The notes under the pieces are model-generated. The model did no database searches, was not told the DNA's origin, and saw only the letters and a program-made list of their open reading frames with translations. DNA of 64,000 nucleotides from positions 27,652,001 to 27,716,000 of the forward strand of contig NC_135663.1 of assembly GCF_964188315.1 (NCBI RefSeq). The letters run 5' to 3'. The translations under genes and the position numbers were made by a program. The stretch's first letter is position 1; the number at the start of each line of letters is the position of its first letter. Of the stretch, positions 49,601 through 62,996 are shown piece after piece. Source of the DNA: Podarcis muralis (taxonomy: Eukaryota).

Positions 49601-49762
49601 AATGAAGGATTATGATGTCCAGTGTCCACCCATTAGCTGATTGGGGGCTGTTAAATTCTGCTTGGTTCGTTGCATCAAATTAATGAAGGATTATGATGTC
49701 CAGTGTCCACCCATTAGCTGATTGGGGGGTGTTAAATTCTGCTTGGTTCGTTGCATCAAATT
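49601..49762. repeat. 81-bp tandem duplication of unique sequence
   Basis: 49601-49681 and 49682-49762 differ only at GGGGGCTG vs GGGGGGTG. Confidence 0.95.
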
Positions 49763-52700
49763 TGGCCTATAAGGCTGATCATAGTAAGGCTCTGACCACG
49801 GAGTCCAAAAGGTACCCCATACCTGAACATGCAGAAGTCAGAAATTTCCACTTCTGTAGCTCCACACTGACTAGCATGCAAGCTTCCTAACAGTGTGTGT
49901 TATTGAGATGAAGCAGGATGAGGCTGGGAGATCTGTGTACAGGATGAGGCCTTTTACTCCTCCCCTACAGCTTTTACATTCTGTCATAAGCAATTTCACT
50001 TCTGATAAGAGGCTTTATTTTCTTGCCATCGCCTGTCACTCTGATGAGGGTAATAATTAAAGTGGCACACAGCTAAGAGTGTGTGTGCACAAACCAAAAA
50101 TAACTTCTTTTCCTGTTCACTAACTTCTAATACCCTCACATTTTCTCTGACAGCTTATTTAATATTGCCTTGCGTAGAGGGGTGAGGGGTGGGTAGCGGG
50201 AATAGGGGGTGGAGGCTGAAAACATTTATTATGCGTTGATCCATATGTCGCCATCCCATAATAAGCAAGCACCAGGGCAAAGAGTCCTAAACTATTTTCC
50301 TGACTACTGTAGGCTCCTTACACTAGCACTGAACTAAGATCTTTGGGATGAGCACACTGCATTATCACCAGCCAACACATTATTTGCAGCCTACACATGG
50401 AGCAAAGGTTTTTACAGCAATTCTAAAAAATTGTGACATATATTTATCTCCCTGCATTCGAAGCCTCATAGCTCAAAAAAATTAAAAAATAAAATTGGTT
50501 ACTTCTGCAATAATCTGATATTCCCAAAGTGATCAGATTCAGCAGTCACCTCCATTGATCTGGGTTGGAATAAGAGCATGTGCTTAAACAGGACAGACCA
50601 TACAAAGACGAACAAAAGCACGTGAAGAAATAGGGAGATTTCCAGATGTAATGCTACTGTGAGACACTGGGAATATAAGGCTAAGGACTACAGACCAAAT
50701 TCATTCCCCATCTTATCTTCTTTATGCCCTGCAATCCACACTCTTCAGCCTTTGAGGAACATTAGACATAAGTGGCATTGGAGGAGTCGCAGTCTGTCCT
50801 CTACCATCAATCGAAAATCGCCCTCCAATAATTCCTTCCCGCAACAGGTAGCTTTCCCCACCTAATGCAGAAGCTGTGGTTACTTAAAGGAAAGGTACTT
50901 TTCATATACTCCGTGTGCTATTCATTATCAACAGTCAGCACATCCTATGAATGTTTACTTGAAAGTTAAGTCCATCAAAATTGACAGCACTTACTTAAAA
51001 GAAAAATTATTTAGCATTTGAGTGTCTCTTTCTGAAGTTTAACATATGGGACAGACCTCTCCCCAATCCCACAAAAATATGTTTTGCCTCTTCTGTGCTG
51101 CCCGCCCCCCTTTTTTGGTCCCATCACTTAGTGAAAGTTCTTGCCAATTTTATGATTACACACAAGGCCTGCTTAACATAAAATGGCTAGAGCCCACAAG
51201 AAAATCACTTCAATTGTTTCCACATGCAGCTAATCCACTTGTATATCAGTGTGGACAGAAGCTCTCCATTACACCAACAGAGAATGGCCAGATATTGTGT
51301 CCCAGTGATGGCCATCAGTCATTATCCCTTCTGGAGTTTGCAGCTGCAAGCAGAAAGCTTAAATTTACATGATGAAAAATGACACGGAAATAAGTTTGCA
51401 ACAAACTGTCCAGAGATAGTTGCAGTTTCATACAGCGTCCATATTGGGTATCCATTTTGTATGAGTTAGGCCCAACCTTTCTGCAAAAGCTAGATTCTGA
51501 ATTTTCAGAGCTGCTTTTAACATGGCATCTGCTGCTGCAATTTTCAGCGGTGCAAAAATTGCAGGGTAATATCCAGCTAAGTCATATTCAGAGGAAACAC
51601 TGAAATCAAGCCCATTCATCTCAAGGTGTCTTCCCTCAGGACGACTTAGTTGGATTCCACCTGCAGAATTGTGTCCCTTGGAACAGAAATAGTTCACAGC
51701 ATATGACTTTCCTGCATCTTTCAAGTCTGACAGCTTCAGAAAAAGTCAAAGCAGATGGCAGCTCAGTGCCAGATATTTATTGTTATGTAACAGAAATTTT
51801 GGCATACTGAAAAAGCGCATAGTTATCTGAAAGCCTATTTATTGTGATATTTTAGAGGCCATATATTGCAATATCATCCTTCCCTCACCCCTCTGAATAT
51901 TATTATGTAAAAATGGGAGAGGGGGGTGGACAGTTGTCCCTGACTCAATCTTCTTTGGATTAGAGCTGAGCAACCCAACCAGAATTTCCAGCGCTCACTC
52001 TATCCCCAGACGTAGCATATTCTATTTTATAGAGAAGTAAACCATTTGAGAGATAACGTTTGTGCAATGAGAGAAAAATAAACTCATGTATATAGCAGTG
52101 CAAAAAGGCAGAACATCGTGCAGCCCAACTGGCACACAGTGATAACAAGATCAAGTAGTCTAGCAGAGGCACACAGCAGAATTTTGAGACCTGATTATTA
52201 CCAGCTCTATTAGGGTGATAAAAGCGTATTAATAATTTCCAGTTAAACTGAGTTGACAGAGGAAATAACTTTTACTGATTTGGTAAATGGGGACTGGAAA
52301 TGGGAAAAACAGCTGAACCAGAATGCCTGAGGCATCTAGCACCACATTAGAGAGGTAGTAGTTCATATGTGATGGCTTCAGAATGAATCATGTGCAAAAA
52401 GCTAATGGATACAAAGTAAGCCAAAGATTAATGATAGTTATTTTGACAACTCTCTAAGAATGGGATAGTTAACAAATGATAGATTGCTTCAACTATGCCA
52501 AATTTAATTCAGTTGTTTAATGGATAGTTCACACATGCAGGTTCCTTGTTCATTGACTATAGCATCAAGTCGTGACCTGTATATGTGAATGAGCAATCAC
52601 ATAATATTGAGGACAGCACAGGGTTTTCTCTATTGTGGCATCCTGTCTTTGGACTTCTCCTGCCAAAATGGTTCACAACTGGGATTCATTAGAATGAAAC

Positions 52701-53009
52701 AAGATTTACATTGGTTAGGCTATATCCATTTAAAAAAATACCTGTAATAACAAATGTCATCTGATCTTTGTTGTGAAATAGTCTTTGTTTCCCCCCTCTC
52801 CAAAATAAAACAAAGAACAACTGGCTACACAGGACTGTGACAATGTGTAGTCTGCATTTGGTTAGTCTGCATTTTATTCAGACAAAAGTGTTGGCAGAAA
52901 AACTAAGACAATAATCCCTACATCTGAATGCAGGATCCTTAATAACAGTTATGGAAAGTGAATTATCACAGTTGAGCCCCAATGAGATACCATACATAAA
53001 TTTTCTTAC

Positions 53010-53086
53010 CTTTAATTTCATTTTATGCATTTCCAGGTGAGATTTCCTTCTCAGTAGAGAAGCATCCACTGTGGGCTGCTAGAGTC
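53010..53086 (-). other. candidate 77-bp non-coding exon
   Basis: Minus strand: CTAAC branch point, TGTTTGTATGCTTTTCCTTAG|G acceptor, AAG|GTAAGA donor; stops in all three frames. Motif evidence only. Confidence 0.4.
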
Positions 53087-53397
53087 CTAAGGAAAAGCAT
53101 ACAAACATGGATGTTAGACATAATCTCATTAGCTGCTCATTTAGGTCCAGAGATGTTACTCAAGAAGCCCACTGTTGCTGACTCAGCTGTTAAAAGAGCG
53201 GGTGGGGGTGGGGCAGGAACTGTAGACAGGCTCTCCCAAATTCTCGCAAATTTTGCACATGGGATTAAAATTCTATTCCATCAAAATTCAGTCTGTACTA
53301 TCAAATTGGATCTGACACAACAGCTGCCCCCCAAAATAAGCCTTTTTTGCAGAAGAAAAGTATTAGGGAAGCCATTTCTTGATGTGATGTTGTATAA

Positions 53398-53684
53398 TAG
53401 GGTTGCCATATTTCAGAAAGTGAAAATCTGGACTAATCAGTTGTTAACCTTTTTTGGGAGGAGGGGGGCCAAAGTTGTTGAGCTCTTTTTGCAAAACCTC
53501 CAGGGAAAAAAATATTGGCTACTTTTAAGGAGATCGGCAAAAAACCCCACTTACAACATGAGTCGCCATATATCTGGGTTTTCCCCGGACATTTAGAATG
53601 GACATAACAAATTCCACCTGGACACCATTTTAGGGATCAAAATACCAGCGATGTGTGGGATTCTCCAGATGTATGGCAGCCCTA
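53398..53684. mobile_element. hAT MITE (TAGGGTTGCCATA family)
   Basis: TAGGGTTGCCATA...TATGGCAGCCCTA, flanked by TGTATAA on both sides. Confidence 0.85.
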
Positions 53685-53882
53685 TGTATAACCTCCCCAC
53701 AAACTTTGTGTCAACGCATCAGGATGAATGCTCATGAAGCAGGTCACCTGGAAACAATATAACAAACCCTATAATTCATACAGGCTCATAATTTTGCTTT
53801 AAAGTAACAAATGTTCTCTGGTGTTCATTGCTATTTTGCATATTGCAATGAGATGACATTTAGGGGCAAGCATATAGAATAA

Positions 53883-54250
53883 CGGGTGGTGCTGTGGTCT
53901 AAACCACAGAGCCTAGGCCCTAGGGCTTGCTGATCAGAAGGTCAGCGGTTCAAATCCCTGCGACGGGGTGAGCTCCTGTTGTTCGGTCCCAGCTTCTGCC
54001 CTCCTAGCAGTTCAAAAGCACATCAAAGTGCAAGTAGATAAATGGGTACCACTCTGGTGGGAAGGTAAACGGTGTTTCTGTGCTCTGCTCTGGTTCGCCA
54101 GGAGCGGCTTAGTCATGCTGGCCACATGACCCAGAAGCTGTCTGCGGACAAATGCCGGCTCCCTCGGCCTATAGAACGAAATGAGTGCATCAACCTCAGA
54201 GTTGTCAGTGACTGGACCTAATGGTCAGGGGTACTTTACCTTTACCTTTA
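53883..54250 (+). mobile_element. Sauria/Squam1 SINE
   Basis: CGGGTGGTGCTGTGGTCTAAACC head, GGTTCAAATCCC B-box, (TTTACC)n tail. Confidence 0.92.
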
Positions 54251-56624
54251 TATAGAATAACTAGGGTGAAGAGCCATAAAATCAGATATCCAGAATACCC
54301 TAGTGCTGAGATGCAAAGGCAGGAAATCTAGCAGGGCATGTGACTAGGGGCTTTGGGACCACTCCACAGAAAGACACCCTTTGCACCACAGAGCTTTAGG
54401 GTCTCTCTGCATGTAGGCAGCAATTATATTTCCAGCAGTCCTGAATAGTTGTGCCTTGCAACAGAAGAAACCAAAAGTATGGGGCAGAGGGGCAAGGGGT
54501 GGCTCTATCAATCTATCCCCAGGAAAGTACACCAAGACAAAGTCTCTGAGAGAGATGGTAAAAAAAAAACATGTCTCCTTCCTGTCCTACTGAGGTTTAG
54601 GGGCTGCTTTGGTTGCTTCCACGTGGATGGAGACATTAGATCAGGGCTTTTTTGGTTCTTGACAGCCTCCATCCTATTCTGCATCTGGGTGCTTCTCTCT
54701 GCTGTCCAACCCAGCCTGCAAGAGGATACAGTATTTTAGTCTTGAATCTGAAGTCATTGCCCTCCTTTCCCAGTCTATTTGATGAGCCGCCCTCCCTGCT
54801 GCTGTCAACTGTCCCACATTGCTTCTTAATAGCAGCACAGCACAGCTACCATGGGAGAACCTTAGTTTGTTTGCCAGTGAGAGCGCTGGCTTAAAGGCAA
54901 CTTTTATCCTGCATTCCTTCTGCCTGAATGAGTCGGACAGTGTCACATAAGACGAGCCAGCTGCCGGCCAACTACGCTGTTCACAAAAAACAAGAAACAG
55001 TGATTTGGGCCACAAACCTCAGCAGCAGATGTTTAACACAATATTTATCAAACTTACTGGTTTTTTTAAAAAATTACATTCCATGAATACCTGCTACCTG
55101 CATGTCTGGCATACAGCTGTTGCTGGATGGAAAATGAATCAAAGCAGAAAGATGCAAGGGCCTAATGATACCGTAGATGAACTTAATGGGGGAAGGAAAG
55201 GTGCAGCATAAACCATTGAAATGGGATGGATGGCCATATAATGATCAAATGGGATGAGCCCATTTGATCATTATATGAACACCCTGCTGGTAAACTGCTG
55301 TTTAGGTGGGGGAATTGAAATCCAATTAAATGGTCTGCACAGAAGACAGGTGTCTGCTCCAAGATGGGCCATGGAAGGGTAGCAACGCCTACAAAATTCC
55401 TGACATCTCCTTCCTATGTGATAGTTACTGATAGGCTTGATTAAGGATTAGTCTTTTCTGTAGTTGTGAAATTAGGCCATCTGTTCAGTATTATCATCTG
55501 CATTATTATATCCTGTGAAGAAGGCAGCAAGCAATGAAACCATGCTTGTTCCATCCTTATCATCTTGCTCATCCAGAGCCAAATGGTGAATGTCCACAGC
55601 TTTGCAGTGGACCGTGTTCACTGCAGAAGCACATAAGAAGATGCCAAAAGCAAGCAGCTGATATTCTCAGATTCCAGCTGCCCATGCTGGCAAATGCCCC
55701 AATGAACACTGCCATATCAAGAATGAACAATGCATGGAGTGAAGGAAAACACAGTGTGCAGCCTCTTCAGAATCCAGCAGTATAACTATGAAGCCCTAGA
55801 ATCTGAATTTTTGAAACAATCAACGCACAATATTCCAAACCACTATCTTGAAAATGTTTACAAAAATATAAGGACATAAGCATGCCTGTAAAGTATCAAA
55901 TGACAAAGCTAAGTAAAGGGTTTGGGCTTCAAAAATGCTTTAAGTCTCCTACTGTGAAAATTGAACTTCTAGGTCATTTGAGCGTTGCAAGGAAGAATAA
56001 TGATGAAATTCAGACTTGGTTAGTTAAATGCATGCCATCCAATGTTTAACATCAATGGTAGCCCTAAGCTGTTATTCTGTATTATTTATAGTAAGGGAGA
56101 GCAAGAGAAAGAATAAAATATGCAGTCTGGACTCCGCCACCCAGTTCAAAAATGAATTATTAGACAGTTTCCCCCAAACCATCATATTGACTGAAATGTG
56201 ATGGAGATAATAGATATGCAGCATGATTCTAAGCATTTGCACTCAGATGTAAGTCACACCATGTTCAGTTGGACATATTCTCAGGTACATGATCTGGAGC
56301 TGCCATCAGGGCAGAAGCTCAACAGAATGAGCAGAATGTCCCTCAAATGCAGCATGGCTGACCTACTGCATTTTAAAGTGTTATCTAAAGGGGGAGTGGA
56401 ATAAGACCATCAAGCCCAGCAATTTAGACAGGCATGGGAAGCCTTTGACACTCCAGAGGTTGCTGAACTCGAGTTCCGATCACCCCTGGCCATTGGCCAT
56501 GTTTGCAGGGGCTGATGGGTGTTGAAGTCCAGCAAAACCTTGGGGCTAGGCACAAGCTCCTGACAGCTGACCTAACACTACATGGGTACATGTGCAAAGG
56601 ATTTCAGCCTTAACCCTAGTACTG

Positions 56625-56886
56625 CAGTTGGAGAACAGCCTTTACCAAAGGTGTCATGGGCTTGAAAACACTCAAACTCAGGACGCAAGGGAGAAACATG
56701 CTAAGAGGAAGGCACGCTTGGCAAATCCACACCATGAGCAGCTCCCACCCGGAAACCAATGTCCCCACTGTGGAAGGACGTGTGGATCCAGAATTGGCCT
56801 CCACAGTCACTTACGGACTCATTGTTAAAACCGTGTTTATGGAAGACAATCTTACTTGGCTACGAGTGATCACCAGAGAAGAAGAA
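56625..56886 (+). mobile_element. RTE-clade LINE 3' end with CCHH finger
   Basis: Encodes ...CPHCGRTCGSRIGLHSHLRTHC*; (GAA)-type tail; paralogous to 35300-35750. Confidence 0.88.
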
Positions 56887-57944
56887 AAAACAGGGATGAA
56901 TCCTGTGCTCATTAGCATCTATGCAGATTATTATCATCTCTATGTAAAGCCCACTGAAATCAGTATAGCTGCTCTTTCTTTGCTTCAAAGAAAGAAAGAA
57001 CTCTGCTTACAGAGTTCTTTAAGAGAACAAATAATTGGCCACTGCTTTCTTAATATCTTCAAATCATACAATTTTTGTATGTTTATCACATTGGTATTTA
57101 TGAGTATTACTTGAAAATACATATAATTTCCCCAGAAGTATGTGTGTGAAACCACAAATGAAAGCTGTGTGTGAGAGAGAGAGAATAGAAAAAAAGCCAT
57201 CATTTACATTTTGAAAAATGGCAATTATTTGAAACAAATTAGTTTATAGCAAAATGTCAGGCTATCTAGTTTTCAAGCCGGTCCAAGAAAACCATATGTC
57301 ATGTTCAACTGTGCTGATCACCACACTTTAATCTCAGAAAATGGGAAGAGGCAGAAAAGACAAGAAAATCCCAACCTAGAATCAATACATTCCTCAAGAC
57401 CTTTAAGTATATCTCAAGCCTGGTGCTTTTCTTTAAAAGCACAATAACCTCTTAAGCAGGATGAGCTGTCTGTAGAAAATGTTTTTTCTAGAAATATATG
57501 CAGTTAATGCTATCTAGAGTAAGATATCAAGTACATGACCCCTCGCCTAAAAGGGTCCATCTGATATTTCTGTTGTTCCCTAGACTTCAGCAGCTTGTCT
57601 GTTATTACAACTTGCAGCTGAAGATCAGCTCAGAGCCCTTTCAGAGGCCAACACAGGCCATTTTGACGTGGATGTTCCTTCTTAGCCCAAAGTCTTTCCT
57701 CCTGCTCCTACGCAACACAAATTGAAGCACATTTCCCCACTGGTTCCACCATCCATTGTTAATATTTTATCACCATATTAAATATGTGGCATGATTTCAG
57801 TTTTCTGTACTGCTGCAAAACTTTAGGCTCCCGTGAATGTGCTGGTACTTCCCTCTTCTTTCTCCACCACCCAAATTTTGGCTCCCCACCTAGTAGGGGA
57901 AGTCATCACTTGAGTTCACTTTTAGAGGGAGAGATCGATCTGAT

Positions 57945-58307
57945 GGGACGCGGGTGGTGCTGTGGGTAAAAGCCTCAGCGCCTAGGGCTTGCCGATCGAA
58001 AGGTCGGCGGTTCGAATCCCCGCGGCGGGGTGCGCTCCTGTTGTTCGGTCCCAGCGCCTGCCAACCTAGCAGTTCGAAAGCACCCCCGGGTGCAAGTAGA
58101 TAAATAGGGACCGCTTACTAGCGGGAAGGTAAACGGCGTTTCCGTGTGCTGCGCTGGCTTGCCAGAGCAGCGATGTCACGCTGGCCACGTGACCCAGAAG
58201 TGTCTCCGGACAGCACTGGCCCCCAGCCTCTTGAGTGAGATGGGCGCACAACCCTAGAGTCTGTCAAGACTGGTCCGTACGGGCAGGGGTACCTTTACCT
58301 TTACCTT
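57945..58307 (+). mobile_element. full-length Sauria/Squam1 SINE, distinct subfamily, 11-bp TSD
   Basis: ATCGATCTGAT at 57934-57944 and 58308-58318; GGGACGCGGG start; GGTTCGAATCCC B-box at 58009-58020; many intact CpGs. Confidence 0.96.
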
Positions 58308-58469
58308 ATCGATCTGATACAGCATCTCACCCACAGGCAAAAGCTGTGGTGACAATTGCAAGATAGTGGTATTATGGCGCTCAGTTGCAGGCACCTCCAA
58401 TGGATTTGCCAAGAAAGGCACCTGAGAGTTACCGTGTTGCTCTCAAAGTTCCAGTTTTCGTAAGAATAA

Positions 58470-58834
58470 ATGTGGTGTAGCAGTTAACAGTGTCAGACTA
58501 GGACCTGGGAGACCAGGGTTCAAATTCCCACTCAGTCGTGAAACTCCCTGGATGGCCATGGGCCAGTCACTGCCTCTCAGCCTAACGTGCCCCACAGAGT
58601 TGTTGTGGGGATCAAATGTGGAAGAGGTGAGCCAACCCAAGCAGTTGGAGCCTCCCACCTCCCTGGCCGGCAGGGAGGGAGGGAGAGGAGCTACTTCCTT
58701 TGAAACCCACAAAATTTAAGGGACATCATCAATAAGGGACAGCAGCAGGACACGGCGCTGGGATAAGGGAGCTTCCCGCTTGCACACCACCTTGAGCTCC
58801 TTGGAGAAAAAGTGGAATATAAATGCAATAAATA
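58470..58834 (+). mobile_element. Squam3-like tRNA-derived SINE
   Basis: GTGGTGTAGCAGTTAAC A-box-like and GGTTCAAATTCCCAC B-box-like head; CACCTTGAGCTCCTTGGAG...AATAAATA tail. Confidence 0.7.
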
Positions 58835-59180
58835 GGTAAAGGTAAAGGGACCCCTGACCATTAGATCCAGTCGTGACCGACTCTGGGTTTGCGACGCTCA
58901 TCTCGCTTTATTGGCCGAGGGAGCCGGCGTACAGCTTCCGGGTCATGTGGCCAGCATGACTAAGCCGCTTCTGGCGAACCAGAGCAGCACATGGAAACAC
59001 CGTTTACCTTCCCGCCGGAGCGGTACCTATTTATCTACTTGCACTTTGATGTGCTTTCGAACTGCTAGGTTGGCAGGAGCTGTGACCCAGGAACGGGAGC
59101 TCACCCTGTTGCGGGGATTTGAACCGCCGACCTTCTGATCAGCAAGTCCTAGGCTCTGTGGTTTAACCCACAGCGCCACC
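58835..59180 (-). mobile_element. Sauria/Squam1 SINE inserted in the tail of the preceding SINE
   Basis: ATAAATA flanks both sides (58828-58834, 59181-59187); complete antisense head-to-tail match. Confidence 0.93.
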
Positions 59181-62100
59181 ATAAATACAACAAATACACA
59201 TAAATAAATAAATCACATAAATTTGAAACTAACCCCTTTCCAAATAATGCCTTGTTTGCTTGCAGTGTTCCACCTTTGATGCATGAGTTTTACCTTGATT
59301 TATACCATTTACCTTACAATGTTAACATTCAGAATTTATACCTTCTTCACAAACAGCCTCCCTGTTAGTAGCGGATAAAGCACCGATATTCAAGACACAA
59401 TGTAGTAAAAACTACAGAGGAGGAGAAATAATGTGCTCCTTTGGGAAACCTTCAACAGTATAATGAAAGTAAGCCCTAAATGCAAAGTCTGGTGATATTT
59501 GACATCCCAAAGGAATATTTGACCTTGGCTTAAAAACTTCTTGTTGGATGTTATGTTTGGTTCATGGCTTGAATGTTACCTGGAAAATCCATTATTGGGA
59601 AGTTGTTGCTTTTGCTTCATTTCCCCAAATCATCCAGTCTAGCAACCAGAAAGTTTTCCCTGTGGAGATGGTCTTGTGCAACCCAATGGAAATATTTCTT
59701 GTATGTTTTCACTGGTGCTGTGCATTCCTTCCACTGTTACTGCAGTTCCTTTAATATTCTTTGCACCTAATCAAATACATCATGTGGATGAGGTGCTTTC
59801 ACAATTGTCCCCATCTACATCTCTCCCTAGATTCTGCGTTCCAAATTACTTGCCCTTTTTTTCTTAAAGTGGAAGAAATACATTGTTCTATTTTTAAAAT
59901 AAAAAAATCTATATGTTGTATAGTTTGTACAGCTTTCAGTTCCTCTATTTATTTTTGTATTTTCCTGATTCTACACTAGGTCTTACACACTGATAAAATG
60001 CAAACAAACAAAAAAAAAAACCAAAACCCCAATCCTAATGTGATTGCATGGTGCCCCCTACTGGGTGCCAGACTTGGAGCTTCTTCTATCTGACCTATTT
60101 GTTCTAACAATTCTCTGACTGCTCGCATAATCTTAGATATATTGTGTGGGGTGTGTGTGTTAAAATCCACCCATACTTTCCTCCCTCTTAGCCCTGGCTC
60201 TCAGCAATTAAGCAAAGGCTTGAAGGTATAACCACAGATCACATGCATAAGTACAACTAGATACTTCTTCTACAGTTTTTTAACAGTTCACACTAGTGTG
60301 TGTACCTTTCAGGGACTAGATGAACATTCTCCACCATGGCTGGATGTGGATGGGGAACACTGATTCTAGTTCTGAGGGTGTTTCAAAGATTTCTGCATTA
60401 CTTCAGATGTCCTTAAGATGTCATACCTTGTATGGTGTTTGAGGTGATGCAATTTAATTCTGAGCAGGCCATGTATAATGACTAGAGCACCAAGAGACTC
60501 TGGAATACTGCAGAGACCTGTGGGTTGCCCTTTCATAATCTTGAATGTCTTTACATACATTAGAAAGAGTGGAGGACACTCTAAGAATCTATACTAGACC
60601 AAAGCATGTATGGGAACCAACTAAAATGTCACAAAAAATGTGGCATGCTTTCGTGATCTCCACAACTCTTAAATCAAGCAAGATGTGACAGAAAGAAAGG
60701 GGTTGGAGGGATGAGGACTAAGTTAGGTTGGATGTTGTGGCAATGAGGTCATCTTGTAGCCTCAGTTCCAAGATTGAGATTGCAAGCTGAATAAATCCTC
60801 CTCAGGCTCTACAGAGAAACAAAACTTTGCCTTATATCCCAATTTTGTTTATTATTTATTTATTTGTAAGTGAAGTTTTGATTTCTCAGAGATGGGGAGC
60901 GGCCATTACTTCTTTATTCCAGAATCCTATGTGTGGTGCCTGATATCTGTAGCACCTTGGAGGGACTTATGCAGCTTGTAATGTCAACCCTGGAACTCCT
61001 TCTTGACCATTTCTTGAGCGGTTGGGGTATCTAGTCCTACCCACATGCTTCTCTGAATTGCAACTGTTCTGTCTTGGCTCATGCCAGTTAGTTATAAGAC
61101 TCCCAAAGTATTGGTTTGATTAGCTTTTCTGTTTTATGCATTCTCAAAAGATGACAGAACTGCTGCTTTCATGGAATTCTCAGAAAGAAATATCATAATA
61201 TTGTCAAAGGTTTGCTAAAATGTTTACTAACCATTCTAAATGTCAACCGATTTTTTTCCAGTGCATGAATTTTTAAACATGCTTAAAGTATTCTATTTGT
61301 ACTAATTAACACTGAAATCTTCATCGGAACTTCAAAAAATGATCGCAGCACAAATCCAGTAATTTAATTATCAGAGGACTTTCCCTCAAACTAGACAGAC
61401 ATTTGGAATGTGGCCTATGTAGGAGTATGTATCACATTTTGCTAGTTTATTTTCTTAGTGATTATTTTTTCAAGACTCAACATTTTTATATCTAACTTAT
61501 TCATGGGCTCCCCTCCCTAGAAAGGGTTGATTTTTTGCCATGCTGTGGAATAAGCTCAGATTTGTTCTGAAGCATAAAAGAGGAGCTTAGGCCACAGAAA
61601 AGGAGCATTAACATTTATATGTCGATATTGCTGATTGTTATTGAAAATCACTTCATTAAATTGTAGTACAGAGGAATGAAGGACATCTTGTAGAAATGAA
61701 AATGGTTGCAGATTTAATTAAAACATTAAATTATTGTTGCAATAAAGGTCATAATCATAAAATGTAATTGAAGGGAGTACATTAGCAGATACCCTAAGGA
61801 ATCTTTTCTATTTCAATATATATATTACATATTTGACATTTAAGAAAGGAAATGGATACCATTTTATCTGGATGGATGAACTAAGATTATAAGAATAGCT
61901 AGACATAGCACAATTCAATTAAAACAAAAAGGATTCCTGTATAGGTGCAACATACTATTTTTATATCTCCAAATGAGAATATTCAGGCAGGGAGTTATTG
62001 AATATTATAGGACTGCACAGAATTTGAAGTTCTGTATATAGCACTCCTAGATTTTCTCTTCCTGGCAAAAATGTTTCTTATAAAACTGATTTAAAAGATT

Positions 62101-62327
62101 ATTATGGACAGGTTCCATAATACCAATGCATAAAATGTACTTGTATACATGTTTCTGGCCTGAATAGCCATTTTCAACTGTTTAAACATGATTCAATGAA
62201 TGAGTAGGGGAAGCCATTGCTGCAGTAGACTTCCTTGCCTTCAGATGCTTCAACACATGGACCTAGGGACAGGGAGGACCTGATGTCTCAATGCATTCTA
62301 TGTGCAGCTTAGGTTGATACTATGCTT

Positions 62328-62463
62328 CAGGGGTGATGAACCAGTTGTCATCCAGATATTGTGGGACTCCAGTTCCCATCAGTCCCATTAGAGTGACTAA
62401 TGGTCAGGGATGATAAGTGCTGTAGTCCAAAACATATGACGGGCCACAGATTCCCTCCTCCTG
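62328..62463. mobile_element. old hAT-type MITE
   Basis: CCAGATATTGTGGGACTCCAGTTCCCATCA...TGTAGTCCAAAACAT core shared with the 18633/47085 family. Confidence 0.5.
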
Positions 62464-62519
62464 CTTTGCCCTTTTCATCATGCCTTTTCTTAATAAAAAA
62501 TGTTCACTAAAGACTAAAG

Positions 62520-62610
62520 AATATTTATTTAAACTTCAGATAACAGACTTGGACAACATCCCGGATTGGAATGGAGTCAGAGGAAGCTGCGTTGGTAAAA
62601 AGGCAGTTGG

Positions 62611-62679
<69 letters not shown>

Positions 62680-62996
62680 AATAAAGCTGTATTCAACAAA
62701 TGAAAGGATGTATGATAATTGACATGATTGAGAATCATGGAACCAGGGACAGAGAATTTTAAAGCATTAAAATCGAAGTGTGGAAAATATGGAAACAACA
62801 AGGAGAGGCAGGACTGATATGTGGAGATATGCTTCAGAGGTCTAGACTGTGGGGAGCTCCAAAAAATCAGTAATTATAATTTGGATTATAATTTGGTCTT
62901 TTTTATTTTAGTTTTTTTTAATTTTAATTGATTATGATTGGATATATTAATGGGATGTTTTTATTGGAAAATCAATAAAAATGATTTTAAAAAAGA
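62520..62996 (+). mobile_element. probable L1/Tx1 3' end
   Basis: Purine-rich segment, then a T-rich tract, AATAAA and a short A-tail (GAAAATCAATAAAAATGATTTTAAAAAA); interrupted by a microsatellite. Confidence 0.45.
62613..62679 (+). repeat. compound (AT)n(AC)n microsatellite
   Basis: Read directly. Confidence 0.95.

Noticed and set aside
49601-49762. C/D snoRNA interpretation of the 81-bp duplication
   Set aside because: No canonical RTGATGA box C and no terminal stem with CTGA at the 3' end.
51428-51724. 98-aa minus-strand ORF (MKDAGKSY...)
   Set aside because: TTG start, mediocre acceptor, no recognised homology.
53111-53596. 161-aa ORF
   Set aside because: Reads through a hAT MITE; not protein-like.
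57945-58030. tRNA-like A/B boxes
   Set aside because: SINE heads; no complete cloverleaf; followed by SINE body and tail.
60427-60548. Minus-strand exon-like segment with AAG|GTATGA donor
   Set aside because: Poor acceptor (AAG, no adjacent pyrimidine tract).
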